Origin: Phoronis australis | Lineage: Eukaryota; Animalia; Phoronida | Length of the DNA stretch: 64,000 nt | Direction: 5' to 3' | Assembly (NCBI GenBank): GCA_002633005.1 | Contig: NMRA01000564.1 | Location: forward strand, 151,438-215,437 | Shown here: positions 11,966 through 24,200 of the stretch, piece by piece | How the letters are laid out: every line of letters starts with the position of its first letter | How positions within the stretch are numbered: the first letter of the stretch is position 1 | Made by a program: the position numbers and the translations under genes | The notes under the pieces: model-generated | What the model saw: the letters and a program-made list of their open reading frames with translations, nothing else | Told to the model about the DNA's origin: nothing | Databases searched by the model: none

Positions 11966-14148
11966 CTAGGTGAAAAATCTTTTGTTAAGAATGAAATCTG
12001 TTGAAGACTACTGCAATATGTGTTGTCAAAGACGTTTTTTCGTTGCTTAATTTTTTTCTGCCCCACGGGTCTGCTACGCCACGACCAATACGTTGCCGAG
12101 TAAGTAGACCTACAATTTCGCTATCAAATCCACAGTTGCGAAAATATCCTGAGATACCTTAGGCCGTGGATCGACAGTGTTCACTGGAGTGGATAATAAG
12201 TAATTTCAAGCTATCGATCATGAACTCGCCAATTTTAATTCCCCATTAACGGTTTAGCGTTTTAGACAATAGACGTTTACTTTTATTTTTAAATAGGATT
12301 AATCGTTATTGCTTTAACTAAATATATTTTCCTAAAGACAAAACTTGCTAGTTTTATTTTGAAACAAAACAAACGTGTATCAGCAACAAGTGTCAATTAG
12401 TAAAAAAGCCTTGTGTGCGCACATTTACACCTATACACCTTTATGTGAAGCTGCTGGAATTTTAACACGGGAAGGAAAGGCAGACTCGGACGACAGAAAA
12501 ATAGAAGTAGTGTACTGTTTCTACAGTACAGGACCGCCGAGAAGTCGTTAAAATCCGATCAATTGGGTTTGGTACAGACTAATTACAAAATTGTAAACAA
12601 ACACACACTGTTTAATGTATTCTGTAAAAATGCAAGCAAATACGACAATGAATAATATTCAATAGTTTGATCAACCCAGCAAGTCGGAAAACTAGATTGA
12701 ACGAAACCGACTACGTCATAGCAGGTATGGAATAAGGAGTCGGCTATTCGATTGCTTAGTATGATTCCACAGAGATTTTACTATTTTCTTTTTGTCTTGG
12801 ACATTTTTCCTGAAGTGTCAAAATTTTTCAAGACATTTTGAAAATCAGTCGGACAAAATTCGTCATAAGAGCATGGGTTTATACAAGAGTCTAAAAGTGG
12901 GAGTCCACATTTCCCCAAAAATCACACTTTACGCGCCTTGTTATTGCTAAGACTGGCGGTCCGTCCGACCAAGGAGTACACTCCTTGGTCCGACGCTACC
13001 GCGCTGTCGCCGCGGAGGCAATGTAGAGGCTTATCCACCCATCTAATAGGATAGTGGAATAAGAATAAATATAAATGTCATTGGCCTAGCATAAATCTTT
13101 TATTTATTTAATGATTTTAAAAGGAGCTTATATACCGCAAATTCACACTCAATTTTCATATCAAATAAAAACACAAATATACAAACTGAAAATACAGCTC
13201 TGTGCATACTTGATTTTGATGGTTTGTGGCATCTGAGTAAGATTTGCGACAGTTTTCAAAATCAGGGCCCATTTCATAGCCACTGTCTGCAGACAAACGC
13301 AACAGATTATCAACACCAGTGTTGTATATAGAATACGACATTGATGGGCCAAGGCAATGTCTCCTTTTTTTCAAAAAAGATGCACAGGTGGTAAACGTAA
13401 GGAGACATGAGTAAATTGCTTGTAATGCATATTAAAGTCATTGTACAACACCCGTTGACGATGAATGTTCGCACAGCTTTGGAAAACCTCTGGGAAAAGG
13501 AAGTCTATGGACGTGTCTGAAACAGTACGCGGAAACACTCGCTTAATAAAGTTTGCTACTTTCATAGTAGTGATGTTAACGGCTACCAAGTCCAAAAATT
13601 TAACTCAAAGGTGAACCTCTGTAGCAATATCCAGTCTTCCCATTAAATAAATAGTTTGAAGTGTCTTGGTTAGCGAGTTGGGTTTGTGTCATACATGGTC
13701 ATGGACTTGGCAGTCGATCCAGTTTTTTCTCAGTCTCATGTCTTACACCGTAGTGTATGGATGAATTGCTTAATGTAGACGAAAGAGAATCGTTCGCTCG
13801 ACTTACCTACAACTAAGCAGAACAACGCTCCCAAAAAATATAAAGCTGACATCATCTCTGCAGAGTGACCAGGCTGCAAACAGGACAACATTTTAGCATT
13901 TATCGTAATCTATTTTGCCCGGGGTACGCCACGAGCTATGTTGCAGAGTAAAACAAGAGGAGGATTGCGAATATTGTCATTTATTATGACGTAATAGATA
14001 AAACTAACTAAGACTCTGCAAGATGGGCATGCAAAAAACGCCCACAGGCGTGTACAATGAATAGCCCTGCAAGAGGGAACAAAACAAAAAAACTGCCTGA
14101 AGGGCTTAAAGGAAAAGTATAGAACATGAAAACAAAACTTGAAAAAAA

Positions 14149-14362
14149 NNNNNNNNNNNNNNNNNNNNNNNNNNNNNNNNNNNNNNNNNNNNNNNNNNNN
14201 NNNNNNNNNNNNNNNNNNNNNNNNNNNNNNNNNNNNNNNNNNNNNNNNNNNNNNNNNNNNNNNNNNNNNNNNNNNNNNNNNNNNNNNNNNNNNNNNNNNN
14301 NNNNNNNNNNNNNNNNNNNNNNNNNNNNNNNNNNNNNNNNNNNNNNNNNNNNNNNNNNNNNN
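14149..14362. other. Assembly gap (N run)
   Basis: Continuous N characters. Confidence 0.99.
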
Positions 14363-14439
14363 GCCTGGGGAGCGTCGGACACGAAGTTGTGCAGCCAACG
14401 AACGTAGGAACTGCCAAGGATGAGAACATGGGGCGACAT
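14363..14439 (-). pseudogene. Start of an SGNH/GDSL-hydrolase-like ORF, probably a retroelement fragment, running into the gap
   Basis: MSPHVLILGSSYVRWLHNF resembles block I (hhhhG[D/H/S]Sh) of the SGNH hydrolases carried by some retrotransposons. Only 25 aa are visible. Confidence 0.35.
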
Positions 14440-16822
14440 GGGGTATAACGTGAATAAAAAGGTTGGTTAAAATCAGAAAAAACGGGACTTACCTCGAAAA
14501 GGACGAAGTAAAGCAGGAACGAGAAGTGACAGAGCGTCGCACCCGAACGGAGTAAGGGTCAAAGGTCGAAAGGAAACGAAGAAATGCAAACAAAAAATGA
14601 AGAGAACGAACGTAGGTCTTGTAGATGACGAGGTAGGTGGCTGAATTTTCTTTGTTATTTGCAAAAGCAACTGTTTTTTTCTGAAGACGCTGTCGGATAC
14701 ATTTTTTGGGATTTTTCTGGAGAATGCATTTACGAGTGGTTTTGTTTTGTTTTTGTATTTTTGTACCAGATTTAAATAGCATAATTCATTTCGTTGTTTC
14801 AAAAAGAGTTTAATTTGAAGTTTCGCCGTTTTATACTCCAATCTCAGTTCCAGCATTTTTAATCCGGCGACTAGTAAATATTTATCATGCACGCCAATCA
14901 AAATTGGCCTTGGTACATGCAGAAGAACAATTACCACTGATAATCGAAGATTTGAAGCCACCATCTTAAAGTTTTCTTCTGCAAACGGAAGTTTATTTAC
15001 TGAATAAATAATAATACCAAAACATCAGGAAGAACTTACTCGACAGATTCGTTGCAACCCTGGATATAGACGGCGACTTTGAAGCTTCGAACAAGTTCGC
15101 GCAGCTGTATGCGACAGTTGCACAAACTCTACAATTAATTCACGTTTCGAATGAAGATTATATGTTGAAAACGTGGCCGCTGAGATTACAGCAAAGCTCG
15201 AGTAGCCAATGAGGTAACAGCGATCATCGGCACGTGCTCGAAAAATACAATTAGCAATTTCTCTTCAGCCAATGATTTGTTTTTGTTTGTAGTTTGACAC
15301 ATCCACCGTATGCCATTTTTTCGTGTTTATTTATATTTCAGCAAGTGCACTTCTTCTGTACATGCACGTTTTCTACATTTATCAGGCTACTTACCTACCA
15401 AAGTGCTGCATCCCAATGTTTCCGAGACTGAATGACGATAATCTTGTTCCAGAAATAATTCCAAACTTTTATCGGTAAATCACCAAAATTGGTCTTTCAT
15501 TTGTCCGAGTGCTGATGACGAATAACGTCATTCATCCTCGAACACATGTACCTGTTTGATGTTAGATAACGTCAATCACGGTAAGAAGTGTTCACAAGTG
15601 TTAGCCTACTTCATTTTTGTCGTTTGTTCTTCGCAATCGTTGAGCCGGCGTCAATTCCTTTGGCTCAGTCACTCAATGGGCCTACCTATGATGCACCGCC
15701 ATCTAAATAACTGCGCAGCAACAACTGCATCTGCCAAGACGCAAAGTTCAGTTGTTGGACTGCGTTAATAATTTTGTATACTCTAGAAATGACAAAAAAA
15801 TCATTCCTCATACAACGCACCCCTCATCTAGTTGAATCGGGCCTACTCAAGGTCTTCGACGCGGATCCAGGATTTGAGTTGGGGGACCCAAGCAGGGCAG
15901 AGTACGTATTAGACATTTGCATCCCCGAACTGCCAAATGGAATCTGAAAGGATTTAAGGGGGGGCATGGCCCCCTTGCCCCCTCCCTCCTCCCCTCCCCC
16001 GGAGCCACCGACTGGAATAAAAATGAAGATTGTTTTGTTATTGATGTTGTTTTAGTCATATGGGGAAGTGTTCTAAGAACTGTTACGCACCACCCCGCAC
16101 TCATTGTCGTCAGTTTCGGTTGTGGTAGCTGTTGACTGACATATTAGACAGTGTACGGTAAAATAATTTATTTCAATTAAAGAATGCGAGGGCCGGCTGT
16201 AGATCACGATCCTTTCTGCAATTGGTCAACACACTGACTTGTTTGATTGTAATTGGCGTTGTGGCCAAGGTGTGTGACAAGTTTATCGACTACGTGGCTG
16301 CTTCAGTTACAAAGTTCCCGCATTCGTAGTTCGGTAGGTTAGATGCAAGCAGGTGCACCCTACGGTTGAAAATGGGGAATACTATACTTAATAACTCTCA
16401 AAATCGGGTGAATTTAGAATACACCATCGAACTCGGAAAGTTCACTCATTCCGTTCACGTTGATAAAATTTGCACTACACTAAAGCAAATTACATGTTTA
16501 TAAAACGATGTAAATTTTAAGCGACTTCTTTCAACTATTGGCCGCTTTTATTCACCAACTGAAACAAAAACTGATTAACCCAACATTCTTTCTCCTATTC
16601 TATGACACAAGTTCCAGATAAGGAGAAAATGGGTAACCGTGAGAACAATAACAACAAAAATTCTTGAAAATGAACACAACATGTCACTTGTGGAGTGATT
16701 GACTTGTAATAAATATTCAATTCCAAGTTCACCCATACGCGATCTTGTAAGATTAAGAAAAATTCCAAGCAGGCACAGCAGAGTGATCACTTTATTCACC
16801 GCTAGATGACTCTGTTATTAAC

Positions 16823-16834
16823 ATAATGGCGGCC
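16823..16834 (+). promoter_or_regulatory. YY1-like motif near the probable FASTKD5 transcription start / non-coding first exon
   Basis: ATAATGGCGGCC resembles the YY1 consensus AANATGGCGGC. A downstream donor ctg|gtaagt (~17037) could pair with the acceptor tttcag at 18250. Confidence 0.4.
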
Positions 16835-17326
16835 CCCTTGTAGACGTACCGTGGTTGAGCGAAACTGGAGAACTATAATCTCACTCTCCGTTGTCAGAGA
16901 AACTTTTGAATTATACCGCTTACTAGCTGAAAACGTGGACTTGAACTTTAAAATGTTCATTAGGCTCATTCTCAGAAGATTTTTGGGCTAGTGAAATTCG
17001 ACAAGTCATATTTTTTCGCTATTTTCTTTGCTTCTGGTAAGTGTTATTCAAGCACAGGTACCTTTAAGTAGCTCTCTACAATATAACATAACATTTATTA
17101 TGTTATATTGTAGAGGGCTACTTAAAGGTGCCTGTGATTCAAGGGTCACAAGCTCAGGTAGGCAATTACATCGCCCTAACCGGCCAACCGAGGCGAGGGG
17201 CTACGTGTTGTCTAAAGTTCAGGCACCTGGTTACAATTAGTAATCCGAAGGTGCTCTAGTCCAAAATATGTATAAGTTTTCAGAATGGGGTGTATTTTTC
17301 ATGTTTTTTCTACATGTAATAGTACA

Positions 17327-17787
17327 TGTAGAAAATTTCAGCGTCTCCTGTGGGACTTGAACCCAGATTGCACGTGCGACAACCAAGTGTCTAAACCATT
17401 CGGCCAAGAGGCAATTGCCGCTTGGCAAGCGACTTTATCTGACGTGTCATCACAACCGAAAGTCACGTTTCACAACACTACTCCCCCTTCCACGGAACAG
17501 GCGCCCCCGCTGGCTTTTAGATCTCATCAACTCTAAAGCGTCTTGTAATTTGCTGTCACTAACGCTCTCTTTGTGCTCTGAATCCATCACTACCAGGTCA
17601 CCCCCTCTCCATCCGCCATTTCGGCCGACAATGTAGAAAATTTCAGTGTCCGGTGAGACTTGAACCCAGGTTGCACGTGCGACGTCCAAGCGTCTAAACC
17701 ATTTGGCCAGGAGGCAATTGCAAGTGGCTTATAGAGGCTTTATCTGACTGCACGTGTTGTCACGAGTGGAAGTCACATTTCACAACA
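17327..17787 (-). mobile_element. Miniature LTR retrotransposon (TRIM) with tRNA-derived LTRs (Helenus-like)
   Basis: Direct repeats at 17327-17477 and 17632-17787, each TGTAGAAAA...CACAACA. A 4-bp TSD TACA lies on both sides. The minus-strand polypurine tract GTGGAAGGGGGAGTAG abuts the 3' LTR. Each LTR holds tRNA A and B boxes. Confidence 0.85.
17342..17412 (-). pseudogene. tRNA-like sequence inside the LTR (possible GTC/Asp anticodon); second copy at ~17647-17715
   Basis: Minus strand reads gcctcttggccgaatggtttagacacttggttgtcgcacgtgcaatctgggttcaagtcccacaggagacg, with A box TGGCCGAATGG and B box GGTTCAAGTCC. The stems are imperfect. Confidence 0.7.
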
Positions 17788-18273
17788 TACACAACACTTC
17801 GGTTGTTAGTCGCAGTGATGCAGGCCTATCACCGAAAACAACCGCTTGCCGGGTACTGTCAATACACTTTGTTCGGGTTTCTGCACGTGCGGAATCAGAC
17901 CACAATTTAGCATGTCTTGACTATTGGTTACAGCCCAATATTCCAAAAACCAGTGCGATTCTTCAAGTGCCACAATGTATCTGTGGGTGTTATAGAATTT
18001 CCTCAAAAATTGCATTTTAATGGTTCATGGCTCAGGTGTGCCTTATTAGTGAGTAGACTAGTGCTCCTCCAGTAGTTATACTTATATCTCTTTGCCTTAC
18101 ACTCTTACATTTGGCCTTGTTTTCTAAATATTTGGCCAGCTCCAGAAATTCAAAACAAGCTCTTGGAAATGTGTTGGTGGGGGCTCTGTTAGAAATATCT
18201 AGCAAGTAATTTTCTCATTCAGCAATCTGATGTTTTTTGTTTACTTTCAGGATGATGGTACTGATCACTACAA

Positions 18274-21200
18274 ATGGTTAGAGTTCTTTGGAGAAGCATG
18301 TGGCTGTCTCTGACCCGGAGACATTGTCTTGCCTCCATTATGCCGTTAAAGCAATTCAGCCACAACGTGACGGGCAAATACTCTCAAATTGATACTATGT
18401 CGTCGACAAAAACTGAGACTCGAAATGAGGATATATTCTTTCATAATATTGTGAAAAGTAGAACGTCTTCACGGATCATTACTGAACTTGATTATGACAC
18501 AGAGGAATGTTTAGACAATGCAGTTAATAAATTATCTCTGGAGTCTGACTCAGGATGGTCTGATATTAAACATCGTCTTCTGTACTTATCTGAGGCGCAA
18601 CTTCTTGGTCTGATATCAAAGATTTGTTCACTACATTCGGAGTGCTTCACTACAACCTTTAGCACTGTTCAATTTGACACAATCCGTAGGCTAGTGTCCG
18701 TATGTTCTCAACATGTGCCTAAGTGGTCTGTCCCCACACTCCTTGATGTATTAGACTCCTGGTATAGCCTTGGACTGTATTTTCAACATTGGCCTGTACA
18801 GGATTTTGTTAATGTTACGTATCGTGCTATTCAAAAGATGGATCGAACATTGACATCTGATGAACTTGTCGGATTAATGTTTTACGTTAGTTTAGCACGG
18901 AAAATGCCTAGAGAGCTTCTGCATAAGATTGAGTGTGATTGGAAGTTGGTTTGCAATGATCTCAGCATGAGTGAACTATCAGTGATATGTATTGGCTTCT
19001 TTAAAACAAAGTCAAAAGTAAACTCAGTGGATCTTCTCCGCTCTCTTGCTGAAAGATTGAAGAGTGAATACAAGCAAGTCCACAGCATCGAAGCCGCAGC
19101 CTTCCTCAAATGTTTCACTAAATCAATTGGACGTATAACTGCGCGCGTACAACCCTCCTTAACAAGCAGTCTTCTTGATACCTTCGATGCTTTCTCCTCA
19201 AGATTTGACTCGTTGTCTGACACTGCTGTTGTGCATACTTTGTGGTGTTCATTCGGACTGCAGCAAAGTACAGAACAACTGTTAAGTTCGGTGGCAAAGT
19301 TCATTGCAACGCAGCAGCTGCACACATGGAGACTTAAAGACCTGTCTCGTCTTTTCTTCATACTGGCTAACTTTTATACTAGTATTGATGAATATAATCA
19401 CATTTTCACCACACTCACGGAAGAGCTTCGCAGACCCGAACGACATGTGGAGATTCTGGAACACCCGCATTGTCTGGTGACAGCTCTCATTGGATTATCC
19501 ATGGTTGAACATTTTCCCGTTGATCTGCTGAATGTTGTGTTCAGTGGAAAAGTGCTGTCCGCATCTAAAGTGGACATCAGACGAGATCTGATTCAGCTCA
19601 GAGAGAGTGTGAAACTTGAGAAACAGGACTACCAAATCCCACGCATGAGCAAAAAGTTTGAAAGGGTAAGAATTGCATTTGTTGACATGGATGTGCTGTA
19701 AGCGAAGGTTTTAAATAGTTGCAAGGAGTGGAACACTGTTTTGAGGATTTGGGTTACTGCTCCCCCTATCGGCAACTTAAATAATATTGGTGCATTAACT
19801 TTTCATACTTTTTTTAAATTTAAGTGAAAAGTATGTGTGCTGAAAAAATTGGAAGGAAAATAAACTAACCAGCTGCTTCTTGCCCAACTTATATGATCAA
19901 CCCTAAAGTGTTGAAGTGGGGTAACTTTGTCAATCTACTAGATTCTGTTTTGCGAGTTTGGCTCTTGTCTGTCTCATAATGCGCATGACCTGACAGCAAA
20001 TTTCTGTCATTTTCTGAGAAATTTAGGTCATTGTTTTGTACAAATTGCCAATACCCTCCCGAGTTTTTTTTGCCATTGTGCGGTGCCCTGCTGGATGGGT
20101 ATATCACTCATTGTTTGTTTGTGCCAATTACATTATGATCGCAATTACTCTATATTAGCTTCCACAAACACGGCGTCCAAATCTGAATAAGGACAAGTTG
20201 AGTGAGAAAGAAAGTCTACTGAAGCGCCTCCTACAGACATTGGACCCTGCAATGGTGCCATCTGTTGTCAACCTGCTTCCTTATCTTCCAACCTATGGTG
20301 AGCTGCTTACTTATGGTCTATTTTTTGTTAATTAAGAAAATTTTTATACGGAATTTTAGTTTAGGTACTGTGATGGAAGTGTTTTTGTAACTGACTATGT
20401 ATTTGATGATGTACAGCAGTGGGTGTGGGTACTTTGAATATGTTGGTCCTCTCCATCTCCTGTTTTCTATTAAACATTTTTACAGACTGCGTACCATACG
20501 CAAAACATGCATATTCACATGAAAATTCAGCGTGTAGTATGCCCATATGCATTGACTGCATAAATACATCAAGAAAAAGATGATATACATCAAGAAAAAG
20601 ATGACCCAAACTGTAACTCGTGTATACTGTAGGTTTTAATGGTAAGTGTAAAGTTGAAGTCGTGGAAGAAGATAATTCAAAAATTGTGTTTCTTTCACAA
20701 ATTTGAATTGAAAATAACTCATCTCGGTACAGTGGCACACTTCGGGTTATCAGTCATCTTTCATTGTCATTCACACAAAAATTTGCAAATCACGAGGCCA
20801 CTGTCGATTTGGTGCTCACCTGATGATTATCTTATTCTTACATTTCTTAGTTTTGCATTCATGAACTTGTATAAGTTGGAGTCACGTGTTAAGTATTATG
20901 TCAATATTTGCTCTATATTTTACTGTATTTAATCATGTGTTTTAATATGTGATTAATTTTCATGAAAGTCATTAAACTTCAAAGTTGTTTAAAAGGTAAG
21001 ACACTGGACAAATACCAAATTAACACACAATGTCAATGCGCTTCCTTTGTATTTGAATAATAAGCACAATACCTGTTCAAGGAGGTTGGTTTTAAGAGCC
21101 GTGTCTCTTCACTAAAATCTACAAATTTTCTGAGAAATTTTCAAATTTTCTGAATATTCCAAAGCAGTTTTGGTAGTACACAAGTTGATGTGCGTTTTGA

Positions 21201-24200
21201 AAATCCCCATTTCAAATAATTAATATACTTGGCTCATGTTGTTTCCTGCATTGGACAAAAGGCATCAAACCACCTACTCTCTTTTTATTCCTGGACATTG
21301 TCTTGTATCTGTTGTATTTTGATGGTTTTCTACTGTTTTGCTGTCAGAATGTGCTGATCTGTTAAATGTTTTTTTAAATTAGATGTTGTGATAGAAATTT
21401 TCAAGAAAGATAAAGCCATTGACAACAACAAAGACCTTTCCAGGACTTTGACAAGGTTACAAGATAATGTTATCAGGTGCTGTATTTGAATTGCCTCTTA
21501 TCTCTATTAAGACAATTAATTTAATAACCATGTATTGAAAACTGCTTTCCAACGGAACCTATACACAGCATTCTGTACTGTCTGCAAATGGCTTAACTTC
21601 ATTGGTAACGGTCATTTAGTACCGGACTATAGTGGTATTAAATTTACTCTTCTTCAGAATATTGATTTAGGAACTGGTGTAAAATGTATTCCATCAGCAT
21701 AACTCTGTGAAAATGCTTATTTTTCACCGAAGCAAATATGGCTACCAAAGTAAAATTTTCTTGTCGCTTTAACAAGTTCACGTGAGCGTGATCAGTTTCG
21801 CGCCATTACATCAGCCTCAGTCTTTGGATCGCATTAGCTGTGTGTTCTGTCTTGCTCTAAAAGTATCATGAGTTCCCAGAAAGTGAGGGGTGTAGATAAA
21901 TCTGTGTGGTCGAAACTACGATCCTGATACGCCATTGTAGCTTGAACAATCGTCTAGTTGTACTGATTTCAGCTTCACCTTGATACAGGTCTCATTTCAA
22001 ACTGTCAACACAGAAATTTGTGGTCTTCATCTGTTAGACCTCAAATGATAGCCGGTAATGTGGTTGGGTGGGAATGCTAACGATTTGATACAGTGTTTCA
22101 TCTTAGTTATCAAAGGAATGTTACACTGTTTCTTCATTTCGGTTTGGCCAATGGGAAACNAGCAAATATGGCTACCAAAGTAAAATTTTCTTGTCGCTTT
22201 AACAAGTTTGCGTGAGCGTGATCAGTTTCGCGCCATTACATCAGCCTCAGTCTTTGGATCGCATTAGCTGTGTGTTCTGTCTTGCTTTAGAAGTATCATG
22301 AGTTCCCAGAAAGTGAGGGGTGTAGATAAATCTGTGTGGTCGAAACTACGATCCTGATACGCCATTGTAGCTTGAACAATCGTCTAGTTGTACTGATTTC
22401 AGCTTCACCTTGATACAGGTCTCATATCAAACTGTCAACACAGAAATTTGTGGTCTTCATCTGTTAGACCTCAAATGATAGCCGGTAATGTGGTTGGGTG
22501 GGAATGCTAACGATTTGATACAGTGTTTCATCTTAGTTATCAAAGGAATGTTACACTGTTTCTTCATTTCGGTTTGGCCAATGGGAAACCAGCCCAAGAA
22601 CTTATTCGCCCCTTGCTCTTAAAATGGATTTGCATGCAAATTTTTATCCTTATTGAAGTAATTGATTGCCAAAAATTTCTCACAGAAGATCTTTTAACTT
22701 GGTTTCTAGGGTTGCTATTTTAGTACTACCTTCAAATTGTTTCTATGGTTACCGAGACACCAGTGGTGCTGTTACATACCAGCTCATGGGTATCCATGTA
22801 ATGAGAAAGAGACACCTGGAGATCAAAGGTTATGTTGTTGTACAGGTAAGCACCCTTGCATGTAGAAAGTAAGCTCCAAGCCTCTGGACATCTTTATAGT
22901 TAGGAATGCATTGCAAAGTGTGACAGGCAAAATTCATTAATTCATGTGACTTTATAATCTGACCTAAAACCCGACTTCACCACACCTTGATCCTCCTCAA
23001 TGCATTACAATTTAATGTACCATATCAAATATAATACGCTTGTTCGTGCTTGTTTGTGGATTGGTGGGAGACTTAGTGTCACTGCGTGGCCTGGTGCTCG
23101 TTTCCAAAATCTCTTGTTGTTGTGACAAGCTGGTAATTATGATGTATTTGAGTCATTAAATTCTTGGTAAAATCTCTGACACCAAATGTTAACCTTATTA
23201 ATCATTATTTGTGCATTTTCATGGATTGATGGAGGAATTCTGCCACTGTGTCAGTTGTTTTGAATTTTTTTGTGCTTGCAAGCTGTTGATTTTTATCTAC
23301 CTGTTATTCTGGAGAATAAAGATCTGTACGCATTTAAGTAATTAAATAATTGATAGCATTACTGTAAAATTTCACCTAATTGTCACAAAAATAAATGCAA
23401 TAAAATACCTCTTTTTTGTTTTTCAAGGTCATCTAACATTGCTGTGATTGCTCAAAATTTTTCATTAGACATCGTCGGCTGGTGACTGTGGTGCAAAACT
23501 TGAGTATGATGTATGGAAAATTGAAAAATTGATAAAATAAAATTTCGCATGTTTTGTCCTAAGTTCGTGAGATTCAGGGCTTGGAATTTTCCGCGGAAAC
23601 GCGGATTTCCGCTTTTTTCAAATGTGCTGTCCGCTTTTTTTATAATATTTCCGCGTAAAAAAAATCGGATTTGATATAAAATATCTGCGGCAAATTCCTT
23701 ACTTACCGCGGCGTCGCAGACGACATTCACCTCGAAAAGCGGAAGTTGCTCTTTATGTTTCGGAGGAACGTAAATTGTCAACATTGCCGGGGCACCTGGG
23801 ACAGCGTGGTGGGATTTTCAATGGCGTCTCGTGTTATTGTTAAGCGCGGCAACAAATACTACCGCTCTGCAGCCAAAAATGTGTGGGGTTGGGAGTGCGG
23901 ACGGGCGAGCCAAGAGCTAAAAGGACGCAGACGCAAGGTACTGGTGGTGGAAACATTTTTTTTTAGACCTCCCGATTTTTGTCGAGGAAAGGTTCACATT
24001 GACCATTTCAAGGCATGATTTGGGCCGTAAAAGTTTCCGCGTTTTTTGTCACTGGTCATTCCAAGCCCTGGAGATTTTAGTGTAGATCTACTTACATATA
24101 TTTATATACTAACATGTATTTTAGTACATATCTACTTAAAAATATATTTATATACTAACATGTATTTTAGTATAGATCTACTTAAATACATTTATATACT

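Noticed and set aside
13910-14439. Long ORFs containing X runs
   Set aside because: Their length is an artefact of translating through the N gap.
17342-17715. Two functional tRNA-Asp genes
   Set aside because: The acceptor and anticodon stems pair poorly, and both sequences are integral parts of LTRs.
18882-19361. 159-aa antisense ORF, and similar antisense ORFs at 41651-42040 and 57538-57969
   Set aside because: These are shadow ORFs on the opposite strand of real exons, with no recognisable motifs.
21731-22589. Recent tandem duplication in a FASTKD5 intron
   Set aside because: The two copies are joined by a single N and are almost identical. This is typical of an unmerged contig overlap or two haplotypes, so it is not treated as biological.
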